Positions 8,554-17,280 are shown, counted from the stretch's first letter. The stretch: 20,512 nt of DNA from Verrucomicrobiota bacterium (GCA_038214755.1 JBBQRQ010000090.1:1-20512); one strand, 5' to 3'. Notes: a model not told the origin generated them from the letters alone. Numbers and translations are program-made.

Positions 8554-9240
8554 ATGTTTTTGGGCGAACGCGCGACGCAAGCAGAATATTTCGATTCGCC
8601 GGAGCGCACGCTGGTTGAAACAGCCGAAAGTTATCATTCCCTGGCGCGCATCAATCGCCTTTTTTATTTCGCGGAGCCGTTTCAAAGATACTTGCCGCGA
8701 ATGTTGGGCCAGAAAAAATGCCACTCCCTGACGCTGCTGGATTTAGGCGCAGGCGACGGCTCGCTGGGAAATGTTTTGGAAAAATGGGCGGGCAAACGGG
8801 GTTGGTCGTGGCGCGTGACTAATCTCGATCTCAGTCCACACGCTTTGCAGTTTGGCCAGAAAGACAAAATGGTGATTGGCTCGGTCTTGTCTCTTCCCTT
8901 CGAGAAAGAAAGTTTCGACGTAGTGATCGCCAATCAGATGACGCATCACCTGACGAGCGACGACGAAATTTGCCAGCATTTTCGCGAGGCTTGGCGCGTG
9001 GCCCGTCACGCCATTTTGCTGAGCGACATTCATCGCAACACGATTCTTTACGGATTGATCTGGCTGATCTTGCGTGCCGGAAATTTTCCAAAACATTTTC
9101 GCGAGGACGGTTTGCTTTCGGTGAAACGGGGATTTCGCGCGGGCGACTGGCGGCGACTGGCCGATCAAGCGCAGATCAACGAAGCGAAAGTCTGGCCGTA
9201 TTTTGGAGCGCGGGTGATGTTGTCGGCGAAGAAAGTTTGA
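8554..9240 (+). CDS. Class I SAM-dependent methyltransferase, paralogue of 3129-3815
   Basis: R.TQAEYFD..LARINR, LDLGAGDG, FDVVIANQMTHH, DIHR and EDGLLSVKRGF. Start ATG 8554. Confidence 0.9.
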   Translation: MFLGERATQAEYFDSPERTLVETAESYHSLARINRLFYFAEPFQRYLPRMLGQKKCHSLTLLDLGAGDGSLGNVLEKWAGKRGWSWRVTNLDLSPHALQFGQKDKMVIGSVLSLPFEKESFDVVIANQMTHHLTSDDEICQHFREAWRVARHAILLSDIHRNTILYGLIWLILRAGNFPKHFREDGLLSVKRGFRAGDWRRLADQAQINEAKVWPYFGARVMLSAKKV

Positions 9241-10081
9241 GGCTGGAAATTTTCCATTTAAAATCGTGATCCCGAAATTGGCGGCGCGCATTTTTCAACC
9301 AGGCGAACCAGCGCCACGTATCGCGCCACGGATGAATCTTGCTTCGCTCATTTTTGTAAATCACTTCAATCGGCACGAACTCAACATCGTGACCCGCTGC
9401 GATAAATTGGAGAAGAATTTCCGATTCAATTTCAAAATGGGTCGCGCGCAAATTAAGTGTGCGGGCCTCAAATGGGAAGGAGCGCGGACAGCCTTGTCCG
9501 CGAGGACCTGAAGTGGTGAAAACGTTTGTGTTTTGTCTGTTTCGAAACACGCGGACAAGGCTGTCCGCGCTCCCCTTCGGTTTGGGCCACGCGCCCTCAA
9601 GTTCCGCCCAACATTCCAAACGGAGCAGGCGAAAACCGCATTGCGTGTCGGGCAGGTTTCGGTGCGTGAGTTTTGAAAGGCGTTGGCTCATCCAGTGATT
9701 AACTTTTTTTCTTAACCACGGCATTGATTTGGAATGCGACATCCTGTTGCCGATGATCAACGGAGCCTTCGTCATCGCCGCCAAAAAAAGTGGAATATCA
9801 GAAGGAGCGTGTTGGCCGTCGCCGTCCATCGCCAACGCCCAATCAAAGCCTTTTTCCTGCGCGCGTTTGAAGCCGAGAGTGAGCGATGCGCCTTTTCCGC
9901 GCGGTTGCGGATTGCGCAAAATTTCCGCGCCGGCCGAACGGGCCAAATTTCCGGTGTCATCGAAAGAGCCGTCGTCCACGACGATCACGTCCGGCAGAAA
10001 TTTTTTCACTTCAGCCACAAGCGACGCAATGGTGGCGGCTTCGTTCAGGCAAGGAATAATTACGGCCACTTTGTCTGTCAC
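9176..10081 (-). CDS. Glycosyltransferase family 2 (DPM synthase-like) carrying a 48-aa in-frame repeat-derived insertion
   Basis: IIPCLNEA, VVDDGS.D, GKGA, MDGDGQH, IGNR, DTQCGFR and FEIESE motifs; GTG start. Confidence 0.9.
   Translation of the reverse strand: MTDKVAVIIPCLNEAATIASLVAEVKKFLPDVIVVDDGSFDDTGNLARSAGAEILRNPQPRGKGASLTLGFKRAQEKGFDWALAMDGDGQHAPSDIPLFLAAMTKAPLIIGNRMSHSKSMPWLRKKVNHWMSQRLSKLTHRNLPDTQCGFRLLRLECWAELEGAWPKPKGSADSLVRVFRNRQNTNVFTTSGPRGQGCPRSFPFEARTLNLRATHFEIESEILLQFIAAGHDVEFVPIEVIYKNERSKIHPWRDTWRWFAWLKNARRQFRDHDFKWKISSLKLSSPTTSPALQNTARLSLR
9455..9598. mobile_element. 144-bp MITE/REPIN-like palindromic element inside the GT2 CDS
   Basis: Perfect 24-bp inverted arms GGAGCGCGGACAGCCTTGTCCGCG (9479-9502) and 9550-9573, with degenerate outer inverted ends (12/17 match). 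Confidence 0.8.
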
Positions 10082-10129
10082 AAGATGCGCAGCTTAAAAA
10101 TTTGGCGTTGCAGCGTCGAACTTAAAATT

Positions 10130-10228
10130 GGAGCGCGGACGTTCTCGTCCGCGTGAACCCATACCTACGAAAACGGTTGAGGTCGGGGGGGTGAGAATCA
10201 CACACGCGGACGAGAACGTCCGCGCTCC
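10130..10228. repeat. REPIN family B, perfect copy
   Basis: 26-bp perfect inverted arms GGAGCGCGGACGTTCTCGTCCGCGTG / CACGCGGACGAGAACGTCCGCGCTCC. Confidence 0.92.
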
Positions 10229-10279
10229 CGGCAACCGGAGGATTCTTGAATTTTCGCCGCTAATCGTCACGATGATTTT

Positions 10280-12091
10280 ATGATTCGCATCGAGAGCCAG
10301 CACGACCTCGCGTTTCCACGCGAAACGGTTTGGCCCGCGCTCAGCAAAACCGATTGGCTCAATCGTTCACTCGGTTTGCCGCCGGTGAGCTACGAGATCG
10401 AGCCACGCGTGGAAGGAGGCAGTAATGCGATGGCGCGCGCGCGAATTCTTGGGATGGAATTGCGATGGCGTGAACTTCCTTTTGAATGGCTGGAGCCTGA
10501 GTTTTATCGCGTGCGCCGCATTTTTGAAACCGGCCCGTTCGTCGAGGCGCGAATGGGAATGGAGTTTCAAACGCGGCCAGGTGGCGGAACTCGAGTGATC
10601 GCATATTCGGAATTGTCGCCCCGCAACGCTTTCGGAAAATGGCTCGCGCGTTCTGTGCTGGGACCAAAAGCAAAACGCGACATGTCGCGCATCCTGGTTC
10701 ATACGGAAGACTTTTTGCGCGGGCGCGAAAAAATAATTTTGCCGCGATTGCCCGCTCATTCGGTGAACGAACCGGCGTTGCAAATCGGATTGAAAAAATT
10801 GGAGGACAGGGGCCAGCCGATTGATCTGGTCCAACGACTGGAGAAATTTTTGCGTGAATCGCCCGATGCGGAATTAAGTCATGTTCGTCCGCTGGCCGTG
10901 GCACGCAATTGGGGCCGGGATGAATGGGAAATTTTGAGACTCTTCCTGCACACCCCGCGCTGTGGCCTGATGGATTTGAGTTGGGAAATTCTCTGCCCCA
11001 ATTGTCGTTCCTCGCGCCAGCCGCCAGCCCATTCACTGAGCCAGCTCAAGCGCACGTCGCATTGCGAAGTTTGCCAAATCCAATTCGACGGCGAGTTCGA
11101 TAAATCGGTTGAACTTAAGTTCTCGGTGAATCCGGCCATCCGTCCACGCGATGAACAAACATTTTGTCTGGCTGGACCCGGAGGCAAGCCGCATCTCGTG
11201 AGTCAATTGTGCCTGGAACCGCGCGAAGAACGCTTCTGGAAATTGCCAGCGATAACGAAGCCGCTGCGAATGCGGTCGCCCCAGGTGAAAGAGCCGAGGA
11301 CTTTGCGCCCGCCCGACACTCCCGACCAAGGCCAGCGATTGGTCATTTCGTGCGAGGCGTCGGGATTCTCGGTGCGTAGTGAATCGGCGGCGGAGCCAGA
11401 AAGCTTTGCTCGAATTGAAAACCCGAATCCATTTCCGTTGCTCCTCAGTTTTGAAGTCGTCGAGTGGAGTGAAGACATTTTGACAGCGGCGCGCGTGACG
11501 AATTGGCAGGAGTTTCGCGATTTGTTTTCGAAAGAAGTTATTTCTCCCAACGAACAAGTTACTGTCGGCTCGCAGGTGGTGTTGTTTACCGATCTGCGAA
11601 GTTCGACCGCGTTGTATCACAGCCTGGGCGACGCGCCGGCTTACGCGTTGGTGCGAAATCATTTCTCGGTATTGGTCGATGTCATTCGCGCGCAGCACGG
11701 CACGGTCGTGAAAACCATTGGCGACTCTGTCATGGCGACTTTCAGCCGCGTGGATGAAGCGCTGGACGCGGTGCGGAAAATGCATCAGCAACTGCCCTCG
11801 GCCAATCCGAGTTTGGCCGCGCCGTTGGCGCTGAAAAGTAGTTTGCACATCGGCCCGTGCCTCGCCGTGAATGCGAATGACAAACTCGATTTCTTCGGCA
11901 CGACGATTAACCTGGCGGCGCGGATGATCAAGCATTGCGAAGGCGGCGATCTTGTCGTCTCCGATGAAATATTTCGTCATCCAGAGATGGCGCGTTTTCT
12001 CACGGCGGTTCCTGATTCACCGCGGCCTTCCCAAGTTCGTTTCCGGGGTTTCGATGCTTCACATCAGGTCTGGCGAATCCCGATGGGGTGA
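10280..12091 (+). CDS. Class III adenylate/guanylate cyclase with an N-terminal SRPBCC-like domain and a central Cys-containing (DUF5939-like) domain
   Basis: Cyclase motifs VLFTDLRSST, VKTIGDSVM and DFFGTTINLAAR. CPNC and CEVC pairs lie in the central region. No transmembrane segment is apparent. Confidence 0.9.
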   Translation: MIRIESQHDLAFPRETVWPALSKTDWLNRSLGLPPVSYEIEPRVEGGSNAMARARILGMELRWRELPFEWLEPEFYRVRRIFETGPFVEARMGMEFQTRPGGGTRVIAYSELSPRNAFGKWLARSVLGPKAKRDMSRILVHTEDFLRGREKIILPRLPAHSVNEPALQIGLKKLEDRGQPIDLVQRLEKFLRESPDAELSHVRPLAVARNWGRDEWEILRLFLHTPRCGLMDLSWEILCPNCRSSRQPPAHSLSQLKRTSHCEVCQIQFDGEFDKSVELKFSVNPAIRPRDEQTFCLAGPGGKPHLVSQLCLEPREERFWKLPAITKPLRMRSPQVKEPRTLRPPDTPDQGQRLVISCEASGFSVRSESAAEPESFARIENPNPFPLLLSFEVVEWSEDILTAARVTNWQEFRDLFSKEVISPNEQVTVGSQVVLFTDLRSSTALYHSLGDAPAYALVRNHFSVLVDVIRAQHGTVVKTIGDSVMATFSRVDEALDAVRKMHQQLPSANPSLAAPLALKSSLHIGPCLAVNANDKLDFFGTTINLAARMIKHCEGGDLVVSDEIFRHPEMARFLTAVPDSPRPSQVRFRGFDASHQVWRIPMG

Positions 12092-12149
12092 GGTGATATT
12101 GCAAACCATCCAACAGGAACATCTGGCCGGCGTGTTGCCCAAATGGAAA

Positions 12150-12245
12150 GGAGCGCGGACGTTCTCGTCCGCGTGGATCGGAGAGAGCGAAACCGCTGAA
12201 GTTTTTGCCCGTTTAAAAACACGCGAACGAAAACGTCCGCGCTCC
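12150..12245. repeat. REPIN family B
   Basis: GGAGCGCGGACGTTCTCGTCCGCGTG ... CACGCGAACGAAAACGTCCGCGCTCC. Confidence 0.88.
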
Positions 12246-12482
12246 AAATTGCCGACGTAGCCGAGACGTTGGTTGTCTCCGTTCCGCTTGCGGGTGCTTC
12301 CAGGATGCGCCGTGAATTCACCGCGCGGCAAACGTCCAATCTTTTCTCCGAACCATTCAATAAACCCAGGATTCTTCTTGAAGAAACGCAAAAACTCTGT
12401 AACCTCTGTGGCAATGAACCCATCCACTGCGCAACGGAGCGGAGGCTCGCACGAGATGAGTTGTTCCTTAATTTTGCGTTTC

Positions 12483-14615
12483 ATGAAAAAACTTTTATTG
12501 CTCCTTCCGTGTGGTTTTCTTTTCGCGGTTTCTGGCTGGGCGCAGTCCAATCCATCGCCTTCATCCATCACTAATTTTACTTCTACCGGCGACCAACGCA
12601 TCATCATCTGGACTCCATTTCCCGCCGTAAAAAGTTATTCGATCTTGAGCAGCACGAACGTGGACGGGCCGTTCACCACCAACGGCGGAACCATCACGGG
12701 CTTTAAATTTACCGAGACGAACAGCGCGCCGGTAAATTTTTATCAGTTCCAAGTTACGACGCTGACGAGCAACGAACTTTTGACGGCGAACATTTTGAAT
12801 CGGTTGGCCTACGGACCCACGCCCGACGAATTGGAGAGAATTCTCACCGGGACGAATGCAATTGGTCCCGATGCCTGGATCGCCGAACAACTCGCGCCGG
12901 AAACGATTAGCGAAACGGTGAGCAGTTCGCATCCGAACGTGAATATTATATCGGCCAAACTCGCCGGGGCGACGGATATGATGGTGAACAATACGAGTTA
13001 CGCGAAGATGGATGACTTTCGCGCGCTTCACCTGCTGCGGGCCGTGGGCGCAAAACGGCAATTGCTCGAAGTGCTGCTTCAATTTTTCGAAAACCATTTC
13101 GTTACCCAATATTCTAAATCCTTCGATTACCTCGACCAGTTTTACGACGATGACAATCGGAACCGCATCGCGGCGCAATTCGAATATTTGGAGAACGACA
13201 AATGGCGCACCGCGCTTTTGAATCCGACGGGCACGTTTTATGACTTGCTGAAAATCAGCGCGGAAAGTCCGGCGATGATTATTTATCTGGACACGGTGAC
13301 GAGCAAAGGAAACGGCACCGCTATTGCCAATGAAAATTACGCGCGGGAGGTGATGGAGCTTTTTACCATGGGCGTGGACAACGGCTACACCCAAACTGAT
13401 ATCACGGCCGTGTCACGCTCGTGGACCGGCTGGACGCTCCAGATTGTGCCGCCCACCAATGCTTTGAATCCGTTTGCGGTTCGCACGACGAATCTGGTGG
13501 GGACCGGCACCAATGTGAGCACGATTTCCAATCTCGCTGGCGCCTGGGCTTTCAATTTTGTTTCCGCCAGCCACGACACGACCAAGCCAAAGGTGTTGTT
13601 CACGAATGCGTTTATTCCGGCGCGTTTCGGCGCGCCTTACACCACCACGCTTTACTCCACTAATACAGCGCCCGGAAAATACCAGTTGACCATTCCAACG
13701 ACGCGAGGCGGCGGGACCAACGGAATTCAAGACGGCTACGACGTGATTAACTATTTGGCGAACCTGCCGTTCACTCAGGAATACATCAGCATCAAGTTTT
13801 GCCGATTGTTTGTTCACGACGACTTTCCCAATCCCAGTAACGATACCAATAATCCGGCCTACAATTTTTATAATTATGCGGCAGGGAATTTATCGCCCGA
13901 AGCGGAGCTGGTCCATCAATGCATGCTGGCCTGGGAAAACAGCAATCCCAAAGGACAAATCCGCGCGGTGCTCTCCACCATTTTCAATTCGGACCTGTTT
14001 CGCAGTCACGGCGGTTCGATGCAGAAAGTAAAAACGCCGCTGGAATATACCGTCAGCGCGGTTCGCGCCCTGCGTTCCAGCACGAACGGAATCTATTTCT
14101 CGAATACCGATGGCTACAATTTGTTAAGTCCGATCAATCGCATGGGTTCAATGAGTCTGTTCGATCGGGCGGCGCCGGATGGTTACCCCGAAGATGCGGC
14201 TTATTGGATTAGCGCCGGAACTCTCTCCGACCGAATTCGTTTCGTGCAGGCTCTCTGCATGATTACAAACCAACCCAATTTCTCCGTCACTAATAAGATT
14301 GATGCCGGTTATTTGACGACTAACTCGCCGGTTCAATTGATCGCAGCCAAGCTTCCAGTCGCCAGCCAAACCAATGCAGCGGCCGTGGTGGATTATTTTC
14401 TCAGCATCATTTTTCCAGGCGAAGGCGCGGGCAATCTCGATTTGTATCGCACGGCGGCGATTAATTTTTTGAATGACGGCACAGCGGACTCATTGGCCAA
14501 CAGTACCCAGTTTGGTGGTTTGGCGGTGAGCAGTATTCCTACCGCGGGGTACGACATTCGCCTCCGCGGCATGGTTGCATTACTTCTCAGCTATCAACGT
14601 TTTCACGAGCAATAA
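12483..14615 (+). CDS. DUF1800-family exported protein
   Basis: Sec signal MKKLLLLL...GWAQ. Motifs LNRLAYGP, RQLLEVL..FFENHF, SPAMIIYLD, NENYAREVMELFTMGV, KVKTPLE and PDGYP..W. Confidence 0.9.
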   Translation: MKKLLLLLPCGFLFAVSGWAQSNPSPSSITNFTSTGDQRIIIWTPFPAVKSYSILSSTNVDGPFTTNGGTITGFKFTETNSAPVNFYQFQVTTLTSNELLTANILNRLAYGPTPDELERILTGTNAIGPDAWIAEQLAPETISETVSSSHPNVNIISAKLAGATDMMVNNTSYAKMDDFRALHLLRAVGAKRQLLEVLLQFFENHFVTQYSKSFDYLDQFYDDDNRNRIAAQFEYLENDKWRTALLNPTGTFYDLLKISAESPAMIIYLDTVTSKGNGTAIANENYAREVMELFTMGVDNGYTQTDITAVSRSWTGWTLQIVPPTNALNPFAVRTTNLVGTGTNVSTISNLAGAWAFNFVSASHDTTKPKVLFTNAFIPARFGAPYTTTLYSTNTAPGKYQLTIPTTRGGGTNGIQDGYDVINYLANLPFTQEYISIKFCRLFVHDDFPNPSNDTNNPAYNFYNYAAGNLSPEAELVHQCMLAWENSNPKGQIRAVLSTIFNSDLFRSHGGSMQKVKTPLEYTVSAVRALRSSTNGIYFSNTDGYNLLSPINRMGSMSLFDRAAPDGYPEDAAYWISAGTLSDRIRFVQALCMITNQPNFSVTNKIDAGYLTTNSPVQLIAAKLPVASQTNAAAVVDYFLSIIFPGEGAGNLDLYRTAAINFLNDGTADSLANSTQFGGLAVSSIPTAGYDIRLRGMVALLLSYQRFHEQ

Positions 14616-14616
14616 T

Positions 14617-16287
14617 ATGGAACACTTCAACATCATTACCCGTCGCGGCTTTTTTGATCGCAGCATGAAAATCGGCTTGGGCGTGGCGCTCTCGGCCTTG
14701 ACCGACATCCCATTGGTGATGAAGCGCGCCCTGGCCGAAGGCACCATCGGGTTGGGCGGAAAAAAACTGCTTTTTATTTTTCTGCGCTTCGGCAACGACG
14801 GATTGAATTCCGTGATTCCAATTCAGGACCCGGCTTACAATGCCTTCAATCGCCCGAAACTTTTGATCCCAAAAGATGGGGCCGTCGATTATTCCCTCGC
14901 ACCAGGGTTGATGGATGATGCGACCGGCACTGCGGGATTCGCGTTCCCGGCCATCCGCGGTGGAAATGGTTTTGCCGCACTTCATCCCTCGTTAAAATAT
15001 CTTGCGCCCGTCCACAACGCCGGTGACCTCGCTTTGATTCATCGCGTCGGTTATCCCAAACAATCCCGCTCGCATTTCGATTCCCAAATCTATTGGGAAA
15101 ATGGTAGTCCCAATAACAATCTTTCCAAGGACGGGATTTTTTATCGCACGATGATTGAGTCTGGTTTGGCCAACACCAATCCGCTCACCGGAGTTTCGAT
15201 TCAATCCGCGCTGCCCTTGATTTTGCGCGGGTCCGACGCGGCCATGACCAATCTGAGCGATCCGACGCGGTTCAAGTTGCTCGGCGTCCCCAATTCAACG
15301 GCGGGCATTTCCAAGGCTACGAACAATATTGTTGCCGCCAACAGCTTTGGGTACCCCGACAAAAAAAATCGGGAGTTGCTCAACTCTCAATATAAAAATC
15401 TGAATATCGTGTTGAATCAATTTGCGCAGGGGATTGATTTTTCCGAAGGAAACGGAAGTACCACCGGGAATTACTTCAAAGACCCGACCACCGGCTACTA
15501 TCTTTTCCCAACGACCAACGCAAAAAATGGCGGAGGCGCTTCTGCAAATTATGTCGTCGATACTGGCGCTTACAATTCCGGTGGCACTGGTTTCTTCAAT
15601 TATTTGAAAGCGGCTGCGATGATTTTGAATAAGACAGACACGATTATTGCTGGCACGGAACTGGGCGGATTCGACACGCATAGCGATCAAATTACCAACG
15701 ACAAAGTCACCTTCGCCTTCGATCCTTACTCCGGCACGCATGCCAATTTGCAGAGGCGAATTGCCTGGGCGATGTATGGCCTTCGAAAATATTTCCTGAC
15801 CTACGCCGACAAAGCCACGTGGAATAATCTCGTCGTCGTGACGCTCTCGGAGTTTGGACGAACCACGGTGGAGAATGGAACGATCGGGACCGACCACGCC
15901 GAGGCAGGACCGATGTTTGTCGCCGGCGGCTCCGTGAAAGGCTATGGAAAAAGCGGGCGCACTACCGGAATATTCGGTTGTCACACGGGTGATAATTATA
16001 ACGGGCAATCTGTCGGATGGTCTCCCGGGAGCGCGACGCAAGGAGCCACCAGCGGAACCATGTTTGGCGTGAGCAGCCGCTACCTTAAACGCTCAATCGA
16101 TTATCGATCTGTCCTTGGCGAGATCATTCGCGATCACCTGGGCGCTCAACAAATTGGCGCGCAGCCCACTCAGTTGGCGAGAATCATTCCCGGCTACAAC
16201 ACCACTAAATATCCTACCGAGCGTTTGCAATCCGGCGGCGCTTCTTCGGACGGCACGACCATCGCCGGAGAAATCGATCTGATTTAG
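14617..16287 (+). CDS. DUF1501-family Tat-exported protein
   Basis: Twin-arginine motif TRRGFF. Motifs FLRFGNDGLN, LHPSL, SRSHFDSQ, GGFDTH, SEFGRT..EN..GTDH and DYRSV. It starts 1 nt after the DUF1800 stop. Confidence 0.92.
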   Translation: MEHFNIITRRGFFDRSMKIGLGVALSALTDIPLVMKRALAEGTIGLGGKKLLFIFLRFGNDGLNSVIPIQDPAYNAFNRPKLLIPKDGAVDYSLAPGLMDDATGTAGFAFPAIRGGNGFAALHPSLKYLAPVHNAGDLALIHRVGYPKQSRSHFDSQIYWENGSPNNNLSKDGIFYRTMIESGLANTNPLTGVSIQSALPLILRGSDAAMTNLSDPTRFKLLGVPNSTAGISKATNNIVAANSFGYPDKKNRELLNSQYKNLNIVLNQFAQGIDFSEGNGSTTGNYFKDPTTGYYLFPTTNAKNGGGASANYVVDTGAYNSGGTGFFNYLKAAAMILNKTDTIIAGTELGGFDTHSDQITNDKVTFAFDPYSGTHANLQRRIAWAMYGLRKYFLTYADKATWNNLVVVTLSEFGRTTVENGTIGTDHAEAGPMFVAGGSVKGYGKSGRTTGIFGCHTGDNYNGQSVGWSPGSATQGATSGTMFGVSSRYLKRSIDYRSVLGEIIRDHLGAQQIGAQPTQLARIIPGYNTTKYPTERLQSGGASSDGTTIAGEIDLI

Positions 16288-16334
16288 TCATCCCGCAATC
16301 GTTTTACCGGCCAATCTTCAGCCAAGTTCTTGCC

Positions 16335-17276
16335 GTGAATTGTTGTTTAACTCGTGAAAACGGCTGGGCGGTTGCAGCCGTTTTGTTCCTCTCCAATTTT
16401 TTCCTCAACGCGGCGACGGTCATCCTTCCACCGGTGGCGGACACGACGCTCATTGAAACTTCACCCACCAACAACATGGGCAGCACCGAATTCGTCAATG
16501 CCGGGACGGCTGGCTCCAGCGGCGCGAGAAATCGCGGCCTTTTCAAATTTGATTTCAGTTCCATTCCGCCGAATTCAAAAATTGTCTCTGCCGCATTGCA
16601 TCTGGGCGTGACTCACTCCCCTGATAATGGAGCACAGGCATCTTCATTCACTCTGCATCGCATGTTGAAAAATTGGGGCGAAGGAAATAAAAATAGCACT
16701 CAGGAATCTTCGCCTGGTCTTGGCTTGCCCGCGGAAATCAATGAAGCAACCTGGAACTCGCCTTTCGCGTTGACGACGAATTCCTGGAGCATCCCCGGCG
16801 CGTCAAATAATTTTATCTCGGTCGCCAGTTCTTCGGCTGCGGTTGATCTCCTAAACGATTTTCCAATTTTTAATTCCACCACCCAAATGGTGAGTGACGC
16901 GCGATTGTGGTCAACAAATCCCTCCACCAATTTCGGCTGGCTTTTGAAAACTGAATCGGAAGGGATCGCTCGCACGGCGCGGCGTTTCGGCTCGAGGGAA
17001 TTCGCCGTGGGCGACACCAATTCTCCGCCGTTCCTGGAAATCATTTTTGTCCCTCCGCCAATTTTAAAGTCGCCCGCTGTAACGAACGGACAGTTCAGAT
17101 TCTCTTTCTTCGCGGAAACAAACCAGGCTTACCGGGTCGAATTTAAAAACACCTTGGCTCTGACGAATTCGTGGCAGATCCTGACCAGCCTCTCCGCCCT
17201 CACTGTCTCGACCGATGTTTTTATTTCAAACGCAGTTTCAACCAACGCCCGCTTTTATCGCGTCGTCGCACCATGA
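16335..17276 (+). CDS. Secreted DNRLRE-like domain protein with a C-terminal FYR-ending module
   Basis: Hydrophobic N-terminus. Motifs ADTTL.E..P.NNMG, RGLFKFDFSSIP...IVSAAL.L, WGEG, ATW, NFGWLL and FGSRE..P.L. The GTG start is uncertain. Confidence 0.8.
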   Translation: MNCCLTRENGWAVAAVLFLSNFFLNAATVILPPVADTTLIETSPTNNMGSTEFVNAGTAGSSGARNRGLFKFDFSSIPPNSKIVSAALHLGVTHSPDNGAQASSFTLHRMLKNWGEGNKNSTQESSPGLGLPAEINEATWNSPFALTTNSWSIPGASNNFISVASSSAAVDLLNDFPIFNSTTQMVSDARLWSTNPSTNFGWLLKTESEGIARTARRFGSREFAVGDTNSPPFLEIIFVPPPILKSPAVTNGQFRFSFFAETNQAYRVEFKNTLALTNSWQILTSLSALTVSTDVFISNAVSTNARFYRVVAP

Positions 17277-17280
17277 GCGC

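Noticed and set aside
9455..9598. Intein or self-splicing intron explanation of the GT2 insertion
   Set aside because: It is too short and lacks intein terminal residues (Cys/Ser start, His-Asn end) and group I/II intron hallmarks. It matches a local repeat family instead.
11033..11980. 315-aa minus-strand ORF (likewise 2143-2835, 12561-13394 and 15295-16041)
   Set aside because: These are antisense shadows of motif-supported genes.
12246..12482. Possible riboswitch or ncRNA upstream of DUF1800
   Set aside because: Only weak hairpins and a short CTCTGT duplication are visible, with no recognisable conserved RNA motif. An Rfam scan would be needed.
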